Shown one piece after another: positions 25,056 through 38,439 of a stretch of 64,000 nt of DNA (position 1 is its first letter; every line of letters begins with the position of its first letter). The DNA is taken from the NCBI RefSeq assembly GCF_009914755.1, contig NC_060926.1, one strand, 5' to 3'. A program made the position numbers and the translations under genes. Under the pieces are notes generated by a model. That model did not search any database. It saw nothing but the letters and a program-made list of their open reading frames with translations, and was not told where the DNA came from. Source of the stretch: the human T2T-CHM13v2.0 reference genome, Homo sapiens.

Positions 25056-26949
25056 TAGTTTCTTGAATAAACAAAGACTACACAGAGAGATAAAATGATT
25101 TGTACACAGAAATATAGGGTTCCTCTTAAACTGTCAAAGGTTGCTATGTATTCTGTAAAAAAGATACAAAATTCTGGGGTTTTAGGCCCAAGAGACGCAA
25201 GTCATAAAGACTAAGAAGGTGAAACACAGCTTCCCCATCACTTTGTGAGACTTTCAGTCTAAGAGGTGGTGTATATTGAGACAAGAAATGGTAAAAAGTT
25301 TTAAAGAAAGTAATGGGTTGTCTACACAGAGTTATTTAAAAATCACTGGCATATTCCAAAACAACTCATCTCTCTACTTGGAGGCCAACTTCTCGCAGAG
25401 AGAAACATTGTTTAGGTCCCAAAGTGCTGGACTCTCTCCCTGCCTCACAGAGGACTCAGATTCATGAGAGGGTTCTGGGACACTAGTAAAATCTTTTTTC
25501 ATTCTTTCCTTTTGTGTATGTGTAAAATGGTCTCTCCAGAGCTGCCCTCTCTCTGGTTTTCTTTTTGTGTGTGGTTATTTCAGAGTTAGCTCAGTGCAGT
25601 CAGTAATAGTTGTCAAGATGAGAGAGAATTACTCCTTAAAAGACTTAGATTTTTTTTTTCTCTGAACCTTCCTTTTCACATCAGCTATTTTCATAGCTAA
25701 TAAATTTTAAACTGTGAAAATTGCTTTGATCAATTATGTATTTAGGTTTTTCATAAACATGCTGATTTTATTACTTATGGAAACGATTAAGAACACATTT
25801 GTGTAGGATTTCTCTTGTACTGTCCCCGAGTGAATTCTTTATGTTTGCAGAGATTGTCCTATTTACTGATTTTATGAGGATCTTGCAGATATTATTTTCA
25901 TGAAATAAATAAGGATGTAGGTATTGTTTAAAGAAACATTTTCAACACACAAATATCCATGCTGACAAATAATGGTTAGATATTCAGCAAAATTTCCATT
26001 TCAAGGTAAACAGGTAATTCTACACCTACCCCAAGACATCACAGGTGGTACTCAGGGGGTGCCTGTAGGTGGCAGCAAAAATGTTGCAAATTGTACCTAC
26101 AAAATAATACCAACAGCATAATTAAAAGGAAAGGACAAATTAAAAATAACTTCATTGCCATGTTCAAAGTACTGTATATTTAGCTTTAGGCAACAGATTT
26201 ATTTTAAAGACAAAAATAGAGCAGGCGTCACGTGCATCTGGGAATGGAAATTAGATAACCTCGCAACACAAAGGGCAAAAGGCATACCCTGTTACTTTAT
26301 AAGACTGGAGTTTGGAAGCAGGCAATAAGAGGTTCTATAAATGCTTCAGCTCGCACTGAGGATAGCTCAAAGGCACATGGCAAAAGCTTGATATTTCAAA
26401 TTGTGTTTTGCCTTGCGTCATTTCAGCTTAATTTTCCATAGCAATGAATTCAGAATGCTGAACACACATAAGCCACAGATCTGGGTTGCCCAGTACATTT
26501 TAGAAAAATCAAGCGCGATATAAATTAAAAAAAAAATACCTGTTTAAACTTGTTTTTAGGCATGAGTATTGTTCATAACTTCAGGCCAGAAAGAAACAGT
26601 CCTCTTCTTATGTCACATGTCAGGAGAGGTACAGCCTCTGAGTAATGAGAGACTAAAACAGCCTCAAACCTTGATTTCTATTGACCAGGTGGTGCTCTCT
26701 GGGAAGGTAGGTTTGGGGTAAATGGAATGTTAACTCATAACTACTAACTTCACAGTGGATCATGGCATTATTTTCCAGAGACTCATTGGTAAGTTGTGGG
26801 AAAATTGACTTGTGAAGTGGTAAGGTAGAAGGAAAAGTTGCTGGGAAAGTAATTCTAAAAAAAAGGAAGATACTAAACATTGGAAGCCAAGAGTTGTAAC
26901 TATTCCAAGTTATGGTATCTACTGCGCTTCTATAAAGTGTGCATCTTGG

Positions 26950-27274
26950 GGCCTGGCAAGGTGGCTCACGCCTGTCATCCTCACACATTGGGAGGCCAAG
27001 GCGGGCAGATTGCTTGAGCCCAGGAGTTCAAGACCAGCCTGGGCAACACGATGAAACCCTGTTTCTACAAAAAATACAGAAAAAAAAAAAATAGGTGTAG
27101 TGGTGGGTGCCTATAGTCCTAGCTACTCAGCAGGCTCAGGTGGAGGATTGCTTGAGCCCAGGAAGCAGAGGCTGCAGTGAGCCATGATTGTACTACTGCA
27201 TTCCAGCCTGGGAGACAAGAGAGATCCTGTCTCAAAAAAAAAAAAACCAAAAAAACCAAAAAAACAAAAAAAAC
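26950..27274 (+). mobile_element. AluJ (Jb-like)
   Basis: full dimer with A-rich tail; TSD aagtgtgcatcttgg / aagtgcatcatcttgg. Confidence 0.95.
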
Positions 27275-27896
27275 AAGTGCATCATCTTGGTATGAATGAT
27301 GATTTAAGAAATAGTAGAGGATCAAATGAAATATTTGATTTCAAGGATAGCTTCCCTGCAATTTCCTGAATTTCAACCACTTATTCTATGATCAAATTGT
27401 ATACCTTATAATTGCTGATGCTATTCTCCAAAATGCAACCCAGAAATCATAATGTTGTCTCAGATAGATTGAGAGTAGCTGCTTAGTCACAATCGATATC
27501 ATTTGAAGATACTTTTCTTTCTTGAAATTTGCCATCTTTGGGATATTTGTGATTACAACAAAGGAAGAAAACAAACTCTTGTGAGTTCTGAACACAAGTG
27601 AGGAAGCGCTCAGGGGAGCAAATGTTGAAAGACATTGTGCATTTCCTATCCCCTCTCTCCTTTTCCAAAAGGTCAAAAGGGTTCAGAAGCAAATGGTATC
27701 ATTCCTGGCTCTTCATCTTATCTTGGTAGATCTCTCTGTTCTTAATAAAGTCCTCCTGTTTTGGTGATACGTATTGAAAAGTAGGATTAAGAGGTTGCTA
27801 AATGATACAGGAAAAGTATAATCAAAGTTGGAGGGGAGATTCAATCGGTGGAGTGACTTATTTTCTTTATGTAACTATTAATAGAATTAATATCAA

Positions 27897-28273
27897 CAGG
27901 TGTTCCCAACTCCCAGGCTGTGGGCCTGTACCAGTTGTGGCCTGTTAGGGGCTGGGCTGCACAGCAGAAGGCTAATGGCTTCCAGCATCACTGCCTGAGC
28001 GTCACCTCCTGTCAGATCAGAGGTGAGCCAGCATTACCACCTGAGCCCCGCCTCCTGTCAGATCAGCAGCAGCATTAGAATCTTGTAGGCGCACAAACCC
28101 TACTGTGAGCTGTGCGTGCAAGGGATCTAAGTTGCGTTTTCTTATGAGAATCTAATGCCTGATGATCTGAGGTGGAACAGTTTTATCCCAAAACCATCCC
28201 CCTCCCTGCTCACTGTGAAAAAATTATCTTCCACGAAACTAGTCCCTCATACCAAAAAGGTTGGGGACTGCCA
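27897..28273 (+). mobile_element. MER1B (hAT-Charlie) with an internal tandem duplication
   Basis: caggtgttcccaac...cctcctgtcagatcag...cttatgagaatctaatgcctgatgatctgaggtggaacag...aaaaaggttggggactg. Confidence 0.9.
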
Positions 28274-28469
28274 CACTAGAGGACAGAAAATGACAAAAAA
28301 CTTGAAAGAGAAGGTGGTATAATTCTTTTGTGTTACCTGGAAATGGTGAGTCACAGCAATATAGTAACAAGGTCCTTGGGAGTATGATAGAATGGTAGAA
28401 GAGAATGACCCCCAATTCCTATTATGGTTAAGTTGTTTTGCCTTGCCTTGTTTTTACATTTGTTAAGAG

Positions 28470-28590
28470 TGATGCTGTTGGATAACTGATATACAAAGAA
28501 CGGCACATATTTAATGTGTACAATTTGTTGAGTTTGAGCATATGCAAACACTTACAATACCATCACCATGATCAAGGTAATAGACAATAA
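28470..28590 (-). mobile_element. L1MA/L1MB 3' end fragment
   Basis: gcacatatttaatgtgtacaatttgttgagtttg...accatcaccatgatcaaggtaatagaca. Confidence 0.7.
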
Positions 28591-28709
28591 AGCTGTTACA
28601 AAAAGAACTAAATTGACGTTTGGTTCTGGCTTGTAGCTGCTCTCCTCTTTCCTTTCTACATGAACATTTTCAATCAATGTCAAATGTTCTATTAAAAAAA
28701 GAATCAAGA

Positions 28710-29044
28710 TGTTTTAGTTCATTCTGGCTACTATAACAAAAAGACCATATGCTTGGGTGGCTTATAAACAACAAATTTATTTCTCACAGTTCTGGAGGCT
28801 GAGGGCCTCTATAAATGGTGAGGGCCAGCTTCCTGGTTCACAGACAATCGTCTTCTCTCTGTGTCCTCACATGACTGAAGGAGCGAGGGAGACCTCAGGT
28901 TTCTTTTATAAGGGCACTAATCCTGTTCATTAGGGTGAAACCTAATCACCTCCCATAGGTAGGCTCCACCTCCTACTACATCAGGTTGGAATTAAGATTT
29001 CAACATTTTAATTTTGGAGGAACAAAAACATTCAGGCTATAGCA
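28710..29044 (-). mobile_element. MLT1A/MST-type solo LTR (MaLR) inside an old antisense L1 fragment
   Basis: tgttttagttcattc...aatttatttctcacagttctggaggctg...cattcaggctatagca; 5-bp TSD caaga/caagg. Confidence 0.85.
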
Positions 29045-32000
29045 CAAGGTTATGCTGGCCTGATAAAAAGTAAGAAAGAATTCCTTTTCTATTTTGTAAA
29101 AGAATTTATAAAATATTTGTTTTACTTCTTCCATAATAGTTTTGAGAATTCACCTGTGTGTCCATTGAACCTGGGGTTTTTATTATGAGAAATATGTCTT
29201 TTAATGGATAACCTTTAAAGCAAATGTAACATTATTCAGAAAATAAAGATAATCCTGAATTCCATCACAAGGGAGTCAGGGAGGACATAGCCTTGGCTTT
29301 ATACATACAAACTGTTGGTCCCAGGGCTTGGTTTCTGAGAATATCATAGTAAAGGTAGTATAGAAGAGTCTGGGACCAAGTTCAAGCTGGAGTTTGAAAG
29401 GGCTAGTTGCTAGTTAGATGCTAAAAAGAAGAAAAGCCCAGAAGGCAAAAGGGAGTATTAAGTTTGAAGAGTACAGCCAGGAGCTCTGAGTTGGCAGAGA
29501 TGGGATTGGAGAGAGAGCAGGTGGGGAGCGAGTGAGGAGGGCTCTGAATAATCACAGCAAATAGCTTTGGGCAAATGCAACTTGCTTTATCAGCTGGTGG
29601 GTGGTGGTGCAAGAGAGAGTCTGGCTGCCTGAAAAGGCCAGATCCCTCTCTCTAAGCAGCAAACACATTAACGTCACACGTCGAGCTGAGAATTTTATCC
29701 ACTTTTGGGAACTGTGGAATTGCGTTTCCACCTTGGCACGGCCTCCTATTTTTGACACATAGTGATTTGATATAAATTGTCATCTCCCGGAGACAACCTG
29801 ACAACAAATACTGCTAATCATTTCATTCTGAACTGCGCCTGGATGGCGGAGAGTAATTAGACACATGCCTGTTGGAGACTCTGCATTATGAAGTGCATGG
29901 GAATTTGCTTTGAAGGGGAGAAACAATTAGAGACGGAGATTTACAGAAGACTGTAAGAGGCAGGGAGTCTCTTATGTTTTATTTCCTAAAGCCACAAAAA
30001 TTCCTATAAAATCCCTACTTAGCTCACATTCTTAAGCTAGAGATCAAGCCTTTTGAAGAACAGGCATACCTTAAAATCAATCCACATGGCGTTGCTAGGA
30101 TCAAAGAAAAGATAATGCTCTAGGGGCCCCTGCTGCTTGAATTGTTGACCCAAGTAAACCCCAGCTGACTTGCAGGAGTTAAAGTAGTCTGGAAAAATAT
30201 TATCTGGAATCCATCCTCCTCCTTAGATAGATGTTTTTTGGGGTCAGAGAATGGAATCTCTTCTATAGCTGACCCTGGAATTTTACAGATCCCTGAATCT
30301 TATTCTAAGGAAAGTGGGACCAATGTGTCCATATTATAATTGATATTTTGCAATTACATCTTCATGGCATTCAAAGAAGTCATCTTTTGGGAAAACTTGT
30401 TTTATTTTTTTCTCAGATAAGGTAAAACCTGTCATGAATCTAAGGAAGCATTTGTGCAGCTGGTGATGGAGCACCTACTTCCTGGGGCATGGGTGACACA
30501 AACAACTCCGTGTTCCTAAACATGCTTTAAATTGAGACTCTAGTAACTGCTCTCCTTTTCTTTTACATCACATTTGCATGATCCCATGGATGGCTGACCA
30601 CAGAATATTTGTATGGCCTTTGAACTCAGAAATCATGCTTTGTTTTGGTGTCACTACTAATTAAGATAATTAGAAAACTTTTAGGTTTTCAGAGTTTCTG
30701 TTATCCCTTTTCCTCCAAAATTCTAAGTATTGAGTCTCCATCCTATATGTCCAGAAAATTATTGTATTATTAAAATTATTATGTCTCCATTAGCATTTCT
30801 AGGCATCTTTGAGGGGAAACTAACATGTCTGGGGTGCTACCTGCCACCTTTTGCTCTTGCCTGATGTTCTTTCTTTCTCCTGATTACCTGGTGGTCTCTG
30901 AACTTGTTCTAATCTACTTTGGTCCCAATACTTGAAGAGGCGTATGACAACTTCCTTCCAAAGCATCATGAATAAAAGTTGTTATTGTTAATTTCTAAGG
31001 TATGAAGATAAAAAAGGGAATCAGAATGCAGAAAAGATATTAAAAATAGACATCATTAGATATGACAGCTCCTAAAATTTGCCATCCAGTCCTCTTCACA
31101 GAAACCTCGACTGTCATTTTTATGACACAGAACACAGAGTTGCGCTTAACCATGCTCCTCCCTCAGATTACAGCTCCTTTCTTGGTCACTCATGGCCAAA
31201 TCCCAGGGTCCTCTCTTGCGGAATATCCCAAATCCATAGCTCCACACCTTGAAGCAAGTATGATGTTTAGAGCATTTTCTCTTTCACTTTTTTATTTTTT
31301 TCATCTGTGTTGTTTTAGAGCCATTCTTTCACATAGAAAAGGCCCGTGAAAACATTTTTCCTAATCAGAGAATAAAGCTAAAGAATAATTACACTTTCAC
31401 CTCTAGAACAATAACATCGGTCACATGGCTTTAAAAACAAGCAAGTTTTGCAACTCTTCTGATTAATACTAATAATGACCATATTAATTAATCCTCCAAT
31501 TCCAGCAGGAACTTCAGTAATTCTGACTGGCCTTTTACTTTGCAGCTGTTGGCTTCCTTTTCCATTTCCCTAAAAGCAATCTTTAAATGTTTACTACTTG
31601 AGGGGAATGATAAACCACACTCAACTCACTCAAACCCACTCAATAACCCACTCAAACCACAAGCCCAGAACTTGTAGTGCAAAATCTATTTTTAATTTGG
31701 GGAAGGTGGTTGAATAGCTTTTGCATGATTACCCTCAACTTTCAGCCCTTCTACAGTGTATTTAAACTTACCCATATTCCCATCACAGTTACTTCTTCCC
31801 TACAGTTTTAGAGAATGAGCTTCTCTTCCAACCCAAGGGTACATCCTCTATGTGTGCTCTGGTGTTTTGTTTTTTGTTTTTTTTTTCCTGTGAACTCCCT
31901 CAGCTTGCATCTACATTGTGTACGATCTTTCTCTTATTTTTTGGCCTGTATCACTGCAATGGTTACTTCCTGTAATGATTAGCCACATTTAGGTGGTGGT

Positions 32001-33901
32001 TGTTTTTTCAATCCTAATATTGACCAGTACTTATATTCTTGAGTTGAACGCACTTGGTCTCAATGTGTTATTCTTTATGCTTTATTCCTTTATACATTTA
32101 TTTTACTGCCAAATTCTGTCCAGTACTATTGTATGTAACATTTTTTTCATCTACATTTTTAAGCGATAGTAGATTAGAGTTTTAACTTTTGGTACTACCC
32201 TTACTGTTTCAACATCATAGTTTTGCCAGTCTTATAACCTAAATTGGGAGGCTTTCCATCACTGTATTACCCAGGAATTAACTGGATAATTGGATGAGGA
32301 TTTAGAACCTAACTTGTATTACATAGTAATACACTGTTGCCTAAAAATTTGGCAGAACCCAGCAGCAGATATACACTTAGTAACATTTTAGACATATAGT
32401 TGACATCTTTAGAATATTTTATGTATTTTTCTATTTAGTTTTATCCTTCTTGAATACATTTAAATCATTTTTGTTTGTTGCTTTTCACTTTAAATTTTAT
32501 TTTTGTAGTAAAATCTGTATCTGTATGCCTTTTTTTTTCTTCCTGCTTGTCTTTTCCTGTTGTAGCTTTTTTTTGCATTTATTTTCACATACTGACACAT
32601 TGTTTTAGGCATCACCCCTGTAATTGGAATACATGTTTTTTCTTACTTTGACTGTGGTTCTCTGTTTAAGAAAAAAAAATAATCGATTTAAACCTGTGAA
32701 TATAGTTTATGTTTATCATTTTTTTATTTCAATTTACTCTTTTTTGTTATGTTGTTAATTTCTTCTTTCCGCTCTTCTTTTCTCTTTTTTTTCAGATCAA
32801 CATAATTTTTCTGGCAACTTAACATACTAATTATCCCTATAGTGCTTATCATAAACATTTAACATACATTTTTCATCTTATATTTCTTAAACATTGATCT
32901 AAGGTCAATTTTTAGACATACTCCTAGATAAAGGCTTCAAGTGCTTATAATTACCTCTTATTTCCTTCCCTGATAACTTCCTATGTTAAGATTATTTGGC
33001 ATGTTATTTCAATCTTTTTATATATCACAAAGCTTTACTGTGTTATTAGTGTCTTTACTCTTATATCTCATATTTTCTTATTCTTCAATTTATTTTTAAT
33101 TTTAATAGAATATACAATATACAGGCATGCCTCAGAGATGTTGTGGGTTAAGGTTCAGACCACCACAATAAAGCGAATAGTATCATAAAGTGTCGTGTGA
33201 ATTTTTTGGTTTCCCAGTGCATTCAAAAGTTATGTTTACACTATCCTGCAGTTAATTAAGTGTGAAATAGCACTATGGCAAAAAACCAATGTACATATCT
33301 TAACTTAAATACTTTATTGCTAAAAAATGCTAACAGTCATCTGAGCCTTTAGTGAGTCCCAATCTTTTGGCTGGTGGAAAGTCTTGCCTCCATACTGATG
33401 TCTGCTGACTGATCAGGGTAATGGTTGCTGAAGGCTGGAGTGGCTGTGGCAACTTTTGAAAAGATGAGAGCAATGAGGTTTGCCACATCAATTGACTCTT
33501 CCTATCACAAAAGATTTCTGTGTAGCATGTACTGCTATTTGATAGCATTTTACCCACAGGAGAACGTCTTTCAAAATTGGAATCAGTCTTCTCGAACCCT
33601 GCTGCTGCTTTATTGACTGTTTGTGGAATGTTCTAATACCTTTGTTGTCATTTCAACAATGTTCACAGCATGTTCACCAAAAGTAGATTCCACCTCAAGA
33701 AACTTTCTTTGTTCATTTCTTAGAAGCAACTTTTCATTCATTCAATTTTATTATGAGGTTGCAGCAACCCAGTCAGTTCTCCATGCTCCACTTCTAATTC
33801 TAGTTCTCTTGCTATTTCTCCCACATCTGCAATTAGTTTTTTCCACTGAAATCTTGAACCTCTCAAAATCATCTATGAAGTTGGAATTAGCTTCTTCCAA
33901 A

Positions 33902-34656
33902 TGAAACTGGAAAGTTCCCTGACCTCCTCATGGGACTTCTAACAGGAGTGAGGCTCATTTGCTCTGCTTCCTCAAACCCCTTATGGCAGGGGGAACATGA
34001 AGACAGCCCGGTGCAGGAGCCAGGGCAAGTGCTTTTGAGCTCTGGCCCCGTAGTAGAGTCTAGCGGTGTGTTGCAATTAGTTTTCTTTCAGCAGTTGCCA
34101 TTTGCAGATGGCTAAATGTTAAACCAGCTCAGTGGAGAGTCAGGATGACAGCCTTTTACACCCTGCCCTCTAGATATTCAGGTCCTTGTCCGGCATCCAG
34201 GAAGAATTAGGTCACCTGGACTTAAAGGATGGTGAATGCTGAGATTTCACTGAGTGATGAAGGTGTTTCTCAGTGGGATGGATGGGGAGCTGGAACAGGG
34301 TTGGAGTGGAACGATGATCTCCCCTTGGAGTTCAGCCGTCCCGCATCCAGTCTCCTCTCAGACCATCCCCAGCCGAACTCCTCTCGATGTTCAGGTGCTC
34401 CTTCTCTTCTCTCCTTCTCTGACATGCCACTCTGCAGCTCCTCTGCTCTTCTGTACCTCTGCTCGTGGAGCTTGGGGTTTATGTGGGCACAGCATAGGGG
34501 TGTGGCAGGCCAGAGTGGTCTAAGAAAAGGCAACCTTTGGGTGCTAAAACAGGAATGCCTGTTCTCGGGGCCAAAGGTTTCCAGGCTTGAGGGTAGGGCC
34601 TTTGCCAGGGAACCACCCTCTTCTATCCAGTATTTCACTGCCTCCTGTCTGTATCA
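33902..34656 (-). mobile_element. ERV1 solo LTR (LTR1/HUERS-P2-like)
   Basis: tgaaac...gtatca termini; perfect 4-bp TSD caaa; minus strand begins tgatacagacaggaggcagtgaaatactggatagaagaggg. Confidence 0.85.
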
Positions 34657-35316
34657 CAAACTCCTGTTAATGTTGACATTTTGACTTCTTCTTATGAGTT
34701 ATAAATGTTTCTAATGACATCTTGAATGGTAAATTCTTTACAGAAGGTTTTCAATTTGCTTTGCCTAGATCCATGAAAGGAATCACTATCAATGGCAGTT
34801 ATGGTCTTACAAAATGTGTTTCTTAAATAACAAGACTTGAAAGTCAAAATTACTTATTGATACATAGTTACAGAATAAATGTTTTGTTAGCAGGCATGAA
34901 AATAACATCAATCTACTTGCACTTTTCAATCAGAGCTCTTGGTTTATTAGGTCCATTGTCAATGAGAAGTAATAAACTAAAGGGAATATTATTTTCTGAC
35001 TGGTAGCTCTCAACATTGGACTTAAAATGATCAGTAAAACATGCTCTAAAAAAATGTGCTGTTGCTCAGGCTTTGTCGTTCCATTTTTAGAGCACAGGCA
35101 GAGTAGATTTAGCATACTTCTTAAGGACCCTAAGATGTTCAGAATGACAAATGAACACTGGCTTCAATTTAAAGTCACCAGCTCACCAGCTGCACTGGCC
35201 TCTAAAAAGAGAGTAAGCTTGTTTGGTGAAGCCAGGCATTGACTTCTCCTTTTTAGCTAGGAAAGTCCTAGATGGCATCTTTTCCAACAGAAGGCTGCTT
35301 CATCTGCATGGAAAAT

Positions 35317-35706
35317 CTACTGTTTAGTGCAGCCACTTTGATCATTAGTCTTAGCTAGATATTCTGGGTAACTTGATGCTGCTTCTGTATCAGCACTTGC
35401 TGATTCACCTTGCAGTTTCTTGTTATGGAGATGGCTTCTTTTCTTAAACCTTGTGAACCAGCCACTGTTAGCTTCAGGCATTTCTTCTGCAGCTTCCTCC
35501 TTCTTATCTTCATATAATTGAAGATAGTTAGGGCTTTCATCTAGATTAGGCTTGGGCTTAAGGAAATCTTGGGGCTGGTTTGATCTTCTATCCAGATCAT
35601 TAAAACTTTCCATATCAGCAACAAGGCTATTTTGTTTTCTTATTATGTGTGCGTTCACTGGAGTAGCTCTTTTAAATTTTCTCAAGATTGTGTTCTTTGC
35701 ATTCAC
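35317..35706 (-). pseudogene. Disrupted Tigger1 transposase (CENP-B-type HTH region)
   Basis: ATPVNAHIIRKQNSLVADME...EEAAEE...SGWFTRFKKRSHLHNKKLQGESASAD matches the Tigger1/TIGD1-type transposase; frameshifted and split by an LTR. Confidence 0.85.
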
Positions 35707-36543
35707 AGTTCACCTAAATATTTGGTACAAGAATCCTAGCTTTCAGCCTGTATCACCTTTCAACATGTCTTCCTCATTAAGCTTAATCATTTTTTGCTTT
35801 TGATTTGAAGCAAGAAATGTGTGACTCTTTCACTTGTACACGTAGAGGCCATTGTAGGGTTATTAATTGGCCTAATTTTAATATTGTTGTCTCAGGGAAT
35901 AGGGATACCTGAGGAGAGGGAAAGAGACAGAGAAATGGCCATTGGTGGAACAGTTAGAACACATACATCTATGTGTTAAGTTCACTGTCTTATATGGATG
36001 TGGTTCATGGTGACCCAAAACAATTATAATAGTAACATCAAAGATTACTGATCACAAGTGATAATGAAAAAGTTTGAAATATTGCTAGAATTACCAAAAT
36101 GTGACGCAGAGACATGAGGTGAGCACATGGTCTTGGAAGAGTGGGACCTATGGACTTACTGGACACAAGTTGCCATAAACCTTCAATTTATTTAAAAAAA
36201 TGCAAAATCTGCAAGCAAAATCAAATGAAGTATAACAAAATGAGGTATATCTGTCTGCCCAATCAATGTTTTTAGAGAGTATGTGTAGGTAAAAACCTTT
36301 TATGACCACACACACACACAAAATGTCTGGGTTTGGTTCTTTCTCAAGTTCTTTTGGCCTAGGTCTAAAATTTTAGGTTTGAGATCATTTTCTCTTCCAT
36401 TTTTATAGAGATGACTCAAAAAACTTCCAATAACTGTAATGCTAATAATTATTTGCTTTATCTTTTCAACTTGAATGCTAATCCTTTTCTCTACAAACAT
36501 GTTTTAGGCCTTATCCTTTGATTAATGTTCTAAAATTTAACTT

Positions 36544-36837
<294 letters not shown>

Positions 36838-37135
36838 TCAGTATGTTTAAGTATGGTCTTGCCTTTTTTTCCCCAATTTTTTCTTCTTGGAACTAAGTAT
36901 TTTTTTCAATTCAAAAGTTTATATTTTCTTTCAATTTTGAAAAGTTTTTGCTTTTATCTTTATTATATATCACTTACAGTTGTTATTTTCTGGAAATCAT
37001 ATTAAATATATCATAGAAATTTTATATATATCTTCTATGTCAATTAAGTTTTTGTCATATAGTTTGTTTAACATGCTGCCTTCTGGGGGAATTTCTCTGC
37101 TCCTTCTTCTAACTCCATAATTTGTTCCTTAGTTG

Positions 37136-37829
37136 TGTTGGAGAAATATAATTAAAAACTCCTGTCACCCCAGAAAACCTCTCCACAAAAATAGAAGAGA
37201 AAGATATCAGTTTAATTATTGAATAAGCATTAAATCAGAATGTGATTTGTGTTACAGACAATATTCTAAGGTCTCCAAAAACAAAGACAAAAAGAAATCT
37301 TACCATTTTATACAGCCCAGAAGATACAATACATTACGTATGAGTTCTTAAGATAAACAATAACTAGTCCTCAAGTAAGAAGATTTGATAGCACCATTTG
37401 TCACACGTACTTCAGGTTAAATTCACTTGGTAGTTTTGTTGACTAGGTATGTTATGCAAAGAAAAAAATACACTTTTCATGTCTGTATGACAGAAGGTCA
37501 TCATGCAACTTGGTGGAACTCGGCCTACCTAAGTTATACTCTTACTCTTCCACAGAAAACAGGAGAAGCGGCACTATTTCTCTGGATGATTCCATTTAAA
37601 AAAAAATGGCTCCTAGGTACTTGATACAGATATTCCTAGGTTGTAAGGCTGGAAATAAACTTATTTGCCTTTTAGAAAGATTTACACACATTTCAAAAAG
37701 ACAGAGTAATCACTTGCAAGTAAAGTTTTCTAAAGTAAATGCTCTAATAAATGGAAAGGGGGAGTCTATTCCTTTATTTTCAACAGGGAGAATTAAGCCT
37801 CTTTGTATTAATTTGTATTTGCCCTTACA
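37136..37829 (-). mobile_element. ERV1 (MER4-group, LTR24-like, tentative) solo LTR
   Basis: tgttggag...gcccttaca termini; perfect 4-bp TSD gttg (37132-37135, 37830-37833). Confidence 0.8.
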
Positions 37830-38439
37830 GTTGTCTTGATTTTCATTTTCAATATTTCTAACTGATTGTGTTTTTCATTTTGGTTTTTCTAGAAGCCTGT
37901 AATCATTTTATAAATATAATAGTTATTTGAGGTTCTTTGACAATAACACTTTTACTTATTTTGTGCTTACCTGATGCTTGTACTCTTCAACCTAGTTTTC
38001 AGTTCATTGGGTTTAGCTTGGTGTTTCTCTTCCATGATTCTTTAACCATATTTTTTTGTTGAGGATCTCTGATTACCTCCTTGTAAATGGAAGTTCTGAT
38101 TCTAGGAGTTTTCCTTTCGTTATGTTCAATGGGAAAGGACATGCTGATGTGTGGAATTTGCTGACAATTTCTAATATGGGCTTGATATTCGCTGTACTTC
38201 TTCTTGGATTAGGAAACCATCTGGGGCATATTCTACCAGTCCAATTACTTATCTGGCTTATCTGGTTTCAAGCACAAGCAATGACCACTGTTAAGCACAA
38301 GCTGGAGAAATGGAAAGGATACATGAACCTCATTATTTCAATGAAGTTCTAATAACAACCTTCCTGACAATTATTGCTAGATCATGTCCAGCTCCTTCTG
38401 TTACTTGAATCTAAGTTTGAGTCCCATGTGCCTGGCGCA

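Larger units (their letters stand above)
33122..36253 (-). mobile_element. Tigger1 (TcMar/pogo) DNA transposon, near full length, interrupted by an LTR
   Basis: TIR-like ends ta|caggcatgcctc ... gaggtatatctg; about 2.38 kb after removing the LTR; transposase remnants. Confidence 0.93.

Noticed and set aside
30399-30427. Possible 5-nt microexon (ttttttctcag|ATAAG|gtaaaa), and a similar ctcag|gtggga at ~238-254
   Set aside because: Weak donor sites and no gene context; expected by chance in T-rich DNA.
31617-31660. Four cactcaa units; similar short tandem units at 643-662 and 15421-15452
   Set aside because: Ordinary slippage-type micro-duplications with no spacer structure.
34229-34684. 151-aa, 122-aa and 89-aa overlapping ORFs
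   Set aside because: Almost entirely within a GC-rich solo LTR; no protein-family resemblance.
35317-35706. Domesticated TIGD-like transposase gene
   Set aside because: Frameshifts, stops and an LTR insertion; both Tigger1 copies are dead.
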